Assembly (NCBI GenBank): GCA_039714595.1
Contig: JBDLJA010000003.1
Location: 64,312 to 128,311 of the forward strand
Origin: Thermodesulfobacteriota bacterium
GTDB taxonomy: Bacteria; Desulfobacterota; Desulfobulbia; Desulfobulbales; SURF-16
DNA: 64,000 nt
Direction: 5' to 3'
The notes below the pieces were generated by a model, which saw only the letters and a list, made by a program, of their open reading frames with translations, searched no databases and had not been told where the DNA came from. Below, in pieces: positions 32,032-40,737 of this stretch. Position 1 is the stretch's first letter. The number at the start of each line of letters is the position of its first letter. A program made the translations under genes and the position numbers.

Positions 32032-33063
32032 ATGAATAGTTCTCTACTCTTGCATTTTCGGCCCCGCCGGCTGCCGGAACCGGCCCTGAGATTTAGCCTG
32101 ACCTTTGGCCTGGGCGGCACGGCCACCCTGCTTATCATGGTCCAGTTCTTCACCGGGCTGCTCCTCCGTTTTGCTTACGAGCCGCGGCCGGTGGCGGCCT
32201 TCCATTCTGTCCAGCATATCAGCAGCGAGATGTTCTTCGGGCCCCTGATCCGCAACCTGCACCATTGGGCCGGCCATCTGCTCATTGTCGTCATCATCTG
32301 CCATTTTCTCCGGATCTTTTACCAGGGGGCTTACACAGGAAAGCGGTGGGGCAACTGGTTGGTGGGGCTGGGGCTGGGTATCCTTGTCTGTCTGGCCAAC
32401 TTCAGCGGCTACCTGCTGCCCTGGGACCAGCTCTCCTACTGGGCCGTAACCATCGCCACTAACATGCTGGCCTATCTCCCCTTTGTCGGGCCGGCCCTGC
32501 ACGACTCCATCCTGGCCGGGGCCAAGGTGGACGGCGCAACCCTCCTGCTCTTTTACAACTTCCACACCGCCATCCTGCCCCTGCTGCTTCTGGTGGCCAT
32601 GGCCTACCATTTCTGGCTGGTGCGCAAGGCGGGCGGGGTCTCTGTCGGTGAGAGGAGTGAAGGGGGCGGGCCAAAGGTTCCGGCCGGGCCGCACCTCTTC
32701 ACCCGGGAGCTGGCCATGGCGGCCCTTGTCCTGGCCCTGCTCATGCTCGGCGCCATACTGCTGGACGCCCCGCTTTTGGCCATGGCCAACCCGGAGCTAA
32801 CCCCGGAAATCATTCGGGCCCCCTGGTACTTTGTTGGCTTCCAGGAACTCCTCCTCCATATCCCCCCGGCTGCGGCCTGGGTTTTGTTAATTGGCGTAAC
32901 TGTCTTCTGCGCGGCCCTGCCGTTTATGGTGGTTGAGCAAAAAAAATCTCCCAAGGTAATTCGCCTGCTCATGGGACTGCTGCTCCTCTCCTACGGTTTA
33001 TTGACCCTGCTCGGCTGTTTTCTCCGCGGGCCGGGCATGACCCTAATCCTTCCCTGGCATTGA
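32032..33063 (+). CDS. Cytochrome b (fused b6-like N-domain + subunit-IV-like C-domain)
   Basis: 343 aa. The helix-B His pair (RNLH...CH) has 13 intervening residues. The helix-D His pair (NFH...YH) has 14 intervening residues, which is the b6-type spacing. The Qo-site motif reads APWYF where PEWY is expected. Confidence 0.88.
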   Translation: MNSSLLLHFRPRRLPEPALRFSLTFGLGGTATLLIMVQFFTGLLLRFAYEPRPVAAFHSVQHISSEMFFGPLIRNLHHWAGHLLIVVIICHFLRIFYQGAYTGKRWGNWLVGLGLGILVCLANFSGYLLPWDQLSYWAVTIATNMLAYLPFVGPALHDSILAGAKVDGATLLLFYNFHTAILPLLLLVAMAYHFWLVRKAGGVSVGERSEGGGPKVPAGPHLFTRELAMAALVLALLMLGAILLDAPLLAMANPELTPEIIRAPWYFVGFQELLLHIPPAAAWVLLIGVTVFCAALPFMVVEQKKSPKVIRLLMGLLLLSYGLLTLLGCFLRGPGMTLILPWH

Positions 33064-33560
33064 TAATGGTTGAAGAAAGTAAGATTAAAAGGCGCGACGT
33101 GCTCACCACCCTCTGGCGGATTCTTGGTGGCGCCGCCCTGTTTGGTTTTCTTGGCTCCGGTCTCTTTTTCTTCAAGGAGCGGGGCCGCAAATCTGGCCCT
33201 GATCCTTCCCGGGAGCTGGTGGCCGGGCCGGAAGGAGATTTCCCCCCCGCCTCTGTTACCAGGCTTTCGGGCGGCTGCTTTCTCTCCCGCCTGGAGGACG
33301 GCGGCATTCTGGCCCTCTCCATGCTCTGTTCCCACCTGGGCTGCGCCATCAGCTGGGACAAGGGCAATGAGCGTTTTATCTGTCCCTGTCACGGCTCAAC
33401 CTTTGACCGGCGTGGTGATGTGATTGTCGCCCCGGCCCCCCGGGCCCTGGCTTACTTCCCCGTGCGGCTCAAGGAGGGCGTGATTATCGTTGATCTTGGC
33501 CGGCCGGTTAAGCGGGCCGCCTTTGCTCCGGATCAGCCCGTCTATGTGGAGAAGGGCTGA
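33060..33560 (+). CDS. Rieske [2Fe-2S] protein with Tat-type signal anchor
   Basis: 166 aa with KRRDVL twin-arginine followed by a TM helix. Cluster boxes CSHLGC and CPCHGS. The start (TTG 33060 or ATG 33066) overlaps or abuts the cyt b stop. Confidence 0.9.
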   Translation: MIMVEESKIKRRDVLTTLWRILGGAALFGFLGSGLFFFKERGRKSGPDPSRELVAGPEGDFPPASVTRLSGGCFLSRLEDGGILALSMLCSHLGCAISWDKGNERFICPCHGSTFDRRGDVIVAPAPRALAYFPVRLKEGVIIVDLGRPVKRAAFAPDQPVYVEKG

Positions 33561-33562
33561 GG

Positions 33563-35857
33563 ATGAGGGGCTGGCGACTCACGGGCCTTACGGCCACCCT
33601 GGTTATTGTCCTCTCTTTTCCCCTCTATATGGCGAAGCGCTGGAGTGAACAGGGGGATGACGCCTCAGGGGATGATGTGGTAGCTCCCCACTTTGTCGGC
33701 AGTGCTTCTTGCCGGAAATGTCATCAGAAGGAGTATGGTGAGTGGTCCGGCTCCCACCACCAGCTGGCCATGGCCGTGGCGGATGAGAAGACGGTGCTGG
33801 GCGATTTCAGCGACGCGCTCTTCAGCCACCAGGGGGTGACCACAAAATTCTATCGGCGGGATGGCAGGTTCTTTGTCCATACTAAAGGGGCGGCTGGCGA
33901 GATGGCCGAGTTTGAGATCAGCCACACCTTTGGCTGGTTCCCCCTCCAGCAGTACCTGGTGCCTTTCCCCGGCGGCCGTCTCCAGTGTCTGCCCCTGGCC
34001 TGGGACAGCCGGGAGAAGAGGTGGTTCCACCTCTACGGCGACGAAAAGATTGCGGCTGATGAGTGGCGTTACTGGACCAACCAGGGCCAGACCTGGAACG
34101 GGATGTGCGCCGACTGCCACTCCACCGGCCTTGAAAAAAAGTATGATCTGCAGACGGATAGTTACAATACCCAGTTCGCCGAGATAAGCGTGGGCTGCGA
34201 GGCGTGTCACGGGCCAGGCTCTGACCATCTTGCCTGGGCCCAGCTGCCGGCCGCCGCCCGCAGCGCCGATGGCGGTCTCCTTGGTGCCAGGGGGAAGATG
34301 GACAGCCGGCAGCAGGCGGAGTCGTGCGCCCTCTGCCATTCCCGGCGCACGGTGACCGGTGACTTTCACTTCGGCCGGGCTGATCTCCTCGACTCCCTCA
34401 CCCCCCGGCTTCTCTCCGAGGGGCTCTACTTCCCAGGCGGTCAGATCCTCGATGAGGTGTATGTCTACGGCTCCTTTGTCCAGTCGCAGATGTACCAGAA
34501 CGGGGTCAAGTGCAGCGACTGCCACAATATCCACAGCCTGAAACCGCACAAAGAGGGGAACGGGCTCTGCCTCCAGTGCCATGAGGCGCGCTACTATGAC
34601 ACCAAGGAGCATCACTTCCATAAACTGCCCGGGGAGAAGGGTGAGCCCATCCGCTCCCGGGAAGGGGAGGTTCTCTTTGATGTGGGAACCGGGGCCAACT
34701 GCGTCACCTGCCACATGCCGGCCCGGGTTTACATGGGTAACGACCGCCGGCCAGACCACAGCCTGCGGGTGCCCCGGCCCGATCTGACCGCTAGTGGGGC
34801 CGGGCCCAACAGCTGTAACGATTGTCACAGCGACAAAGACGCTGGCTGGTCCGCCGGTTTTACTAAGAAGTGGTATGGTGAAAAAAAACGGTCCCACCAT
34901 GGCGAAACCTTTGCCCGGGCCCGGGCTAACGAGCAGGGGGCCGGCGAAGAGTTGCTCGCGATCTACCGGGACAGCCAGCTGCCCCTCATCGTTCGGGCCA
35001 CGGCCCTCTCCCTGCTGGGCCGTTACGATGGCGCGGGGACGGCGGCCGCCTTCAGCGAGGCCCTGAACTCCCCCGACTCCCTGCTGCGCCACAGCGCCAT
35101 CCTCTCCCTGCCGCAGCAGATGGAACCCCAGCGGCGTGTTGCCCTGCTGGCCCCCCTGCTGGATGACCCGGTGAAGGTAGTGCGGATGGAGGCGGCCAGG
35201 AGTTTGGCCTTGCTGCCGGACCAGGTGTTGCCGGACCAGGTGAAAGAATCGCGCTTTGGTGAGGTCATTGCTGAGTTGCGTGAAACCCTGGCCTATGCCG
35301 GCGATTTTGCCGAGGCGCGCCTTGGTCTGGGTGTCCTGGCCAGCCTCCAGGGTGACATGAATGGGGCCGAAGGCCACCTGCGCCAGGCCGTGGAGATTGA
35401 TCCCTATCTGGAGGCGGCCTACAACAATCTGGCCATCCTTTACGCCAGACAGGGGAAAACAGCCCGGGCCAAGGAGGTTTTGGCCCAGGGGGTGGCGGTT
35501 AATGGTGACCACTTTGGCCTCCACTACTCCCTGGCCCTGCTCCTGGCCGAGGAGAAGGAGTATCCCGCGGCCGTGGCCTCATTTAAGCAGGCCGCCCGGG
35601 GAATGGCTGACAATGGCCGGCTCTTTTATAATCTGGGCCAGCTCCAGGCCTTTCTCCAGGATGGGGCGGGGGCCTTAGTCTCTCTAAAGCGGGCAACGGC
35701 CATTGAGCCGGAAAACGTCCAATACCTGACCTCTCTCCTCCAATTTCAGCTGGTCAACGAGGATATGGCAACCGCCGTGATCACGGCAAAAAAGATCCTC
35801 CGCCTTGCCCCGGACCACCAGGCCGCCCGTCAGGTAGTGCGCCTCTCGGAGAGATGA
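33563..35857 (+). CDS. Membrane-anchored octahaem c-type cytochrome with C-terminal HEAT/TPR repeats
   Basis: 764 aa with an N-terminal TM anchor. Eight CxxCH motifs: CRKCH, CADCH, CEACH, CALCH, CSDCH, CLQCH, CVTCH, CNDCH. The C-terminal ~300 aa are helical repeats. Starts 2 nt after the Rieske stop. Confidence 0.88.
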   Translation: MRGWRLTGLTATLVIVLSFPLYMAKRWSEQGDDASGDDVVAPHFVGSASCRKCHQKEYGEWSGSHHQLAMAVADEKTVLGDFSDALFSHQGVTTKFYRRDGRFFVHTKGAAGEMAEFEISHTFGWFPLQQYLVPFPGGRLQCLPLAWDSREKRWFHLYGDEKIAADEWRYWTNQGQTWNGMCADCHSTGLEKKYDLQTDSYNTQFAEISVGCEACHGPGSDHLAWAQLPAAARSADGGLLGARGKMDSRQQAESCALCHSRRTVTGDFHFGRADLLDSLTPRLLSEGLYFPGGQILDEVYVYGSFVQSQMYQNGVKCSDCHNIHSLKPHKEGNGLCLQCHEARYYDTKEHHFHKLPGEKGEPIRSREGEVLFDVGTGANCVTCHMPARVYMGNDRRPDHSLRVPRPDLTASGAGPNSCNDCHSDKDAGWSAGFTKKWYGEKKRSHHGETFARARANEQGAGEELLAIYRDSQLPLIVRATALSLLGRYDGAGTAAAFSEALNSPDSLLRHSAILSLPQQMEPQRRVALLAPLLDDPVKVVRMEAARSLALLPDQVLPDQVKESRFGEVIAELRETLAYAGDFAEARLGLGVLASLQGDMNGAEGHLRQAVEIDPYLEAAYNNLAILYARQGKTARAKEVLAQGVAVNGDHFGLHYSLALLLAEEKEYPAAVASFKQAARGMADNGRLFYNLGQLQAFLQDGAGALVSLKRATAIEPENVQYLTSLLQFQLVNEDMATAVITAKKILRLAPDHQAARQVVRLSER

Positions 35858-36234
35858 ATTTTTTTACTGGTCTGGCCCATAAATAGTCACCCTGTGTCCC
35901 CCCTCGTTGCCTGCCTTGGCCGGGCAGGATCTTCCCTTAGCGCCAATCCTTACCGCCAAGAGCAAATAGTGCCATAAGGAGCGAAGGCCTGGGGTGTTGT
36001 CTCCTCCGCCCCATGGTGAAAAGCTGGGACCCCTGGTTGGACTTTCAAAATCTATACTGTTAACATGTTAGGAGTTTTGCGGTAGCGCTCTTAAGAAAAA
36101 CTTCAGGGGGAAAATGTGGCCAGCCAGGAAGGAAAAACGGGAGAAGATCGGCCTGGCTCAGCACGTCCAGGGGCTGCCTCCACCTTCCTGAGCGGTCAAC
36201 CCGTGCCGTCCTGCTCACCTCCGGAGGATGGTCC

Positions 36235-38046
36235 ATGAGCACCCTCCTGACTGAGCTCTTTGCCAACGATGAGTTTTGCTGCTCCCTGGCGCTATGTCCG
36301 GAGGAGCGGCAGAGACTGATCCGCCTGTTGGAAGAGGAATTTCTGGCCGATCACCTGCGTGATCTCATCAACGAGACCGAGGCCATTCTGGCCATTGATC
36401 CCAGTCTGAGCCGGCGCCAGATCCTGGAGACGGCGGCCGGCAAGATCATGGCGGGCCTGAACGCGGCCGCCGCCTCCATCCGAATATTTGACGCCCGATC
36501 GTTCAAGATGCTCAACTATGGGGCGGCCGGCATCTCCGAGTGCCAGTGGCAGCCGGTTTTGCCGGTTAATCGCTCCATTGCCGGGCGGGTGGTGGCGGAA
36601 AACCGCTCCATCCTCGTGGCCAGCCTGGCCCGCGACCCGATGTTCTCCGAGAAGGAGATCTCCGATCGCCTCGGCTTTCACTCTCTCTTGGCCGTGCCCC
36701 TGCGCATGCCCAACTTTGTCGGCTCCAGTGCCGATATCCTCGGCTCCCTGCAGATCTATTTTCATGAGGACGATCGGGACTTCAGCCGCCTGGAAATCCT
36801 CCGGGCCGAGATGCTGGCCAGGCGGGTGAGCTATGTCATGGCCAAAAAGAGGATTCTGGACATGAAGGCCTTAAGCGACAAGAAGGAGCGGATCAGTGAC
36901 ATGATCTATGAGCGGCTCAGCAATCAGCAGGGGATCAAGCTCAAGGATTTTTTCCGCCTCATCCTGCCGGAACTGGACAGCATGATCACCCTGCACAGCT
37001 GGTCGCTTTTTACCTTAAGCGCCGATCAAGGCAAGATCCATCAGGAGGCCAGTCATCCGGAGGGATCTTCTTACTATGAGGATGGCTATCTCTATACGGT
37101 GGAGCACCATGACCACTTCTGGACCACGGTGCACGGTACCCAGGAGGGGGCGGAGATGGCCCACGAGAGGGTGGATCCTTCCTACGTCTTGATTAAGGAT
37201 CCCCGCAACAGTGACCTGGTGAGCGATGGCCTGCGCCAATATACCATTGACCAGGATATCAACTCCATCCTCTTCGTGCCCCTGCGGATCGACGGCGTCA
37301 CCCGCCACATCCTCCTCTTCTTTGCCACCCAGCAGCGCCAATACTTTACCGCCGATGAGATAGATCTCCTCACCTTTGTCGGCAAGGAGATCATGAAGGC
37401 GGTGCGGTTGGAGTTCCTCGGCGACATGCTCCACGACTTTAAGAATCCGGCCGTGGCCGTGGCCGGCCTGGCGGCCCGGGCCTGCCAGATGTTGGCGGAG
37501 GACGATTTGCAAGAGGCGGCGCCCCGTCTCAAAAAATATCTGGAGGTGGTGGCCCGGGAGACGGCCCGTCTTCAGGATCTGGCCCTTACCATGACCGGTG
37601 AGGGGAGGGAGGAGCTCATTGATCTGGGCCAGCTGGCCCTGGAGCGATTTGCCCTTAATAACCACGTCATTGCCGAGACCAGGGAGGGCATAGAGGTGCG
37701 GGAGCCCGATTGCCAGTCGGGCCTCATGGTGCGCTGCTCCAGTTTCGGGCTGGAGCGGGTCTTAGACAACCTCCTCCATAACGCCACCAAGGCCATTCCC
37801 TGTGGTGGCGGCTTTATCACCCTCCACTGTCAGCGCAGTGGCGACATGGCCTCTCTGACCATAGAAAACTCCGGGGCCATGGAGGCGGAGGATATCCGCC
37901 AGTTGGAGAGCGGGGTGAGCCAGGGGAGGGGACTCAATATAATCTCCCGTTTTGTCAGCAAGAATCATGGCGAACTAAATGTCACCAGCTCGGATTCAAC
38001 CACCTCTTTTACCATAAAATTGCCCCTGGCCGCTGGCGGCAGCTAA
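36235..38046 (+). CDS. Soluble GAF-domain sensor histidine kinase (orphan)
   Basis: 603 aa with no TM segment. GAF-like regions, H-box LHDFKNPAVAV, N-box LLHNATKAI, and a C-terminal ATPase domain. No response regulator is adjacent. Confidence 0.85.
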   Translation: MSTLLTELFANDEFCCSLALCPEERQRLIRLLEEEFLADHLRDLINETEAILAIDPSLSRRQILETAAGKIMAGLNAAAASIRIFDARSFKMLNYGAAGISECQWQPVLPVNRSIAGRVVAENRSILVASLARDPMFSEKEISDRLGFHSLLAVPLRMPNFVGSSADILGSLQIYFHEDDRDFSRLEILRAEMLARRVSYVMAKKRILDMKALSDKKERISDMIYERLSNQQGIKLKDFFRLILPELDSMITLHSWSLFTLSADQGKIHQEASHPEGSSYYEDGYLYTVEHHDHFWTTVHGTQEGAEMAHERVDPSYVLIKDPRNSDLVSDGLRQYTIDQDINSILFVPLRIDGVTRHILLFFATQQRQYFTADEIDLLTFVGKEIMKAVRLEFLGDMLHDFKNPAVAVAGLAARACQMLAEDDLQEAAPRLKKYLEVVARETARLQDLALTMTGEGREELIDLGQLALERFALNNHVIAETREGIEVREPDCQSGLMVRCSSFGLERVLDNLLHNATKAIPCGGGFITLHCQRSGDMASLTIENSGAMEAEDIRQLESGVSQGRGLNIISRFVSKNHGELNVTSSDSTTSFTIKLPLAAGGS

Positions 38047-38121
38047 CCCTTGCTTTTGTCCTGAAATCTCTTATTATCAGCTGAACATTGTTAGCTGACT
38101 TTCTATTGGTAACGGATTCAG

Positions 38122-38568
38122 GTGGTAGCCGTGGTAAAATATGTTGTTATTCTTGCCCTGTTCCTGGGGGCCTGTTCCGGGCCCCCGGAGGAAGAGCTGG
38201 CGCGGGTTGGCAGAGGCCAATCCGCCGGCGCCAGGGTTCCCTTTAACTCCATCTCCGCTGTAACCGCCTGGGAGTTGATGCAGACCAACCCGGAGTTGGT
38301 CATTCTCGATACCCGGACCAGGGGGGAGATCTTACGCCATGGCACCCTGGTCGGGGCCAGGCCCACCTCCCTCTCCTCTGTCTTTAAAAATCAGCTGGAC
38401 GTGGCCCATGAAGCACCCGTACTGCTCATGTGTGCCGTGGGGGGGCGCAGTTATGCAGCTGGTCAGTTTATGGCCAGACATGGCTATCGCCAGGTGTATA
38501 ATCTCAGAGGCGGTTTGGCGGAGTGGAAGGGGGCAGGGCTGCCGGTGATTTTTCCCCAGGCCAGATAG
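38122..38568 (+). CDS. Rhodanese-domain lipoprotein
   Basis: 148 aa with lipobox LGAC and active-site loop CAVGGRS. GTG start. Confidence 0.8.
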   Translation: MVAVVKYVVILALFLGACSGPPEEELARVGRGQSAGARVPFNSISAVTAWELMQTNPELVILDTRTRGEILRHGTLVGARPTSLSSVFKNQLDVAHEAPVLLMCAVGGRSYAAGQFMARHGYRQVYNLRGGLAEWKGAGLPVIFPQAR

Positions 38569-38586
38569 AGGGGGCCTCGTTGGGGC

Positions 38587-38626
38587 AAAAAAAAAAGGCC
38601 GCCAGCAAAGAGCATTGCTGGCGGCC
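38587..38626 (-). terminator. Rho-independent terminator of ftsB
   Basis: Perfect 12-bp stem GGCCGCCAGCAA/TTGCTGGCGGCC. It is preceded on the + strand by an A10 run, which gives a U10 run on the minus-strand transcript. Confidence 0.75.
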
Positions 38627-38672
38627 AATAACTGTCAGGGCTGGCAGGGTTCCCTGCTAGCTGGTTGGGGCG

Positions 38673-38975
38673 CTAGTTGAAGACAAAGACCATCTCGTCG
38701 CGCTTGAGGAGCCCTCTTTCCCGGGCTACCTCCTCAAGATAGTCGGAATCGGTCTTGAGGCGGGCGATCTCCTGGCGCAGAGTATCATTTTCAGTGCGCA
38801 GGGTGCTGTTTTCCGTCTCAATGGTGGAGAGTTCCTTGTTCACGGCCAGGAATTTCAGGCTGCCAACGGGCGAGAAGATGAGCCACGCCAGAAGCAGGGC
38901 CAGGATCACGGAGGAAAAAATGAAAATTCTCTTTTTTTCCTGATGGTTAAGCTGTTGAGTGATGGTTGCAGGCAT
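38673..38975 (-). CDS. ftsB: Septum formation initiator (FtsB/DivIC family)
   Basis: 100 aa with an N-terminal TM helix and a coiled coil (ENSTLRTENDTLRQEIARLK). Confidence 0.8.
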   Translation of the reverse strand: MPATITQQLNHQEKKRIFIFSSVILALLLAWLIFSPVGSLKFLAVNKELSTIETENSTLRTENDTLRQEIARLKTDSDYLEEVARERGLLKRDEMVFVFN

Positions 38976-39185
38976 AACACTGACTCTTCTTTTAATTTTT
39001 TTAACTTATTTTCTCGCCAGACTTCAAAAAAAACTTTTTTACCCCTCTCTTCAAGCTTTAATTACCCAATTTAGTGGGAAAGGTAAACGGAAATTTAGAA
39101 AATAAACAAAACGGCTAGATGGGGAAATTACGTCGAAAATTAACCGTATAGCAGGGAAATTTCGATATGAAAGTAAGTGGTTGTT

Positions 39186-39593
39186 ATGGTTTATCTCGTC
39201 TCTAGTTGTCTCATGGGGCTGGTTACCCGGTACGATGGTCAGCCCAGGCCGTCCCAGGAATGTCAACAATTTCTGGCGGATAAGGTGTGGATTCCCATCT
39301 GTCCGGAGCAGTTGGGCGGCTTAGCCACCCCCCGGCCCGCCGCGGAGATAAGCCTGGGGGACGGGCGGGATGTCCTGACTGGTGTTGCCCGGGTGGTGAC
39401 CGGTCAGGGCGATGTCACTGACGCCTTTATCCTCGGGGCCCGTCAGGTCCTGGCCGTGGCCCTGGCCCAGAGAGGGGGGATCGCCGGGGTCTGTCTCAAG
39501 GGTGGCAGCCCCTCCTGCGGGGTGAACCGGGTGCTGGGGGTCTGCGCCGCTCTCCTGGCGCAACACGGCTTTCAGCTCCATGAGTTTGACTAA
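39186..39593 (+). CDS. DUF523 family protein (TudS-like)
   Basis: N-terminus VYLVSSCLMGLVTRYDG plus CPE and SPSCG motifs typical of DUF523. ATG at 39186 preferred over GTG at 39177. Confidence 0.7.
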   Translation: MVYLVSSCLMGLVTRYDGQPRPSQECQQFLADKVWIPICPEQLGGLATPRPAAEISLGDGRDVLTGVARVVTGQGDVTDAFILGARQVLAVALAQRGGIAGVCLKGGSPSCGVNRVLGVCAALLAQHGFQLHEFD

Positions 39594-39618
39594 AGGGGTC
39601 TTCTCCTGGGCCGGTTCC

Positions 39619-39807
39619 TTAAGATTCTGACCGCTGCTCCTTGCGCGCCTGCCGCTCTTCCTCCAACCGCTGGATCTTCTTTTCCAACTCTTCACTCAAG
39701 GCCACCCGCCCTTCCAGGACGCAGCCGGGGCGCCCCATTATGCATTCACTGTGCAGTTTCATGCACTGGTCGGTTTTAATCTCCAGGTTTTTACAATAAA
39801 AAGTCAT
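39619..39807 (-). CDS. Small 4-Cys protein with charged coiled-coil tail (unknown function)
   Basis: 62 aa with Cys at positions 5, 15, 22 and 29. AAGGAAG RBS 5 nt upstream. Starts 16 nt after the tatC stop. Confidence 0.55.
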   Translation of the reverse strand: MTFYCKNLEIKTDQCMKLHSECIMGRPGCVLEGRVALSEELEKKIQRLEEERQARKEQRSES

Positions 39808-39823
39808 TTTGGCTTCCTTGAAA

Positions 39824-40579
39824 TTAGGGGATGCGCAGGATGGCGAGAATCATGATGCCCGCCTCAAAGAGCAGATAAAGGGGGCCGCCCATGAGGAGCA
39901 TGTTGACGATGTCCGGGGTTGGCGTCAGGAGGGCGGCGACAATGGCAATGATAAGGAGCGCGTAACGGCGGTTCTTGGCAAAGGTGGCCCGGGGAACCAG
40001 GCCAACCTTGCCGGCAAAGACCATGAAGATGGGCAGCTCAAAGATGAGGCCGAAGGCGAGGATGAAGATGGTGACAAAGGTGACGAAACGGCCCACCGAT
40101 ATAACCGAGTTGAGCTGTTCTGATTCAAAACCGAGGAGGAAATTAACGCCAAAGGGCAGGGTGATGAAGTAGCAGAAGAGTGAGCCGCTGTAGAAGAGGA
40201 CGATGGTGGTGCTGATAAAGGAGAATTGACTCAGGCCGCTTAACTTGAAGGGCCTGGCCAGGCCGCGCCAGAAACAGATGGTGAAGACGGGCAGCAGGCT
40301 GTAGATGGTGGCCACCAGGGCCAGCTTGACATGGGCCAGGAACGGCTCACTCACCGTGAAGAAGGAGAGCTTCTGGTTAAGGTGGCCCTGGATCAGGGCA
40401 AAGAGCTGGGGCGAGTAGAAGTAAAAGGCCAGGGTGCCCAGGGCCAGGAGAGCGGCGAGCCAGAGCAGAGAGGTGCGCAGCTCCATGAAGGTGGCTACTA
40501 TCTTTTTGGCCCCACTGCTGGCCTCAAAGTCTGGGGCGGCTTTGGCGCTGCTGGACTGGCTGGTCATCATCACTGGCAA
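39824..40579 (-). CDS. tatC: Twin-arginine translocase subunit TatC
   Basis: 251 aa with six TM segments and the HL.ELR-type N-terminal region (FMELRTSLLW). Confidence 0.9.
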   Translation of the reverse strand: MPVMMTSQSSSAKAAPDFEASSGAKKIVATFMELRTSLLWLAALLALGTLAFYFYSPQLFALIQGHLNQKLSFFTVSEPFLAHVKLALVATIYSLLPVFTICFWRGLARPFKLSGLSQFSFISTTIVLFYSGSLFCYFITLPFGVNFLLGFESEQLNSVISVGRFVTFVTIFILAFGLIFELPIFMVFAGKVGLVPRATFAKNRRYALLIIAIVAALLTPTPDIVNMLLMGGPLYLLFEAGIMILAILRIP

Positions 40580-40737
40580 GAGAGAGGCAATATTAAAATG
40601 CCGCGGGCCTAAGGGGGTGAATAGGTGGCGGGGAAGACAAGTTTCTTGGCCCTTTTACCATAACGGGGGCCAAAATACATGGCCATCATGAATAATTGCT
40701 TTTTTGCCCGATGGCGGCGTCACAGCAAAAACTAAAA

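Noticed and set aside
33665-35524. 619-aa ORF on the minus strand, antisense to the octahaem cytochrome gene.
   Set aside because: Long stop-free antisense frames are expected in GC-rich coding DNA. The product is low-complexity (Gly/Pro/Ala/Arg-rich), has no RBS or recognisable motifs, and the sense-strand gene has eight clear CxxCH motifs.
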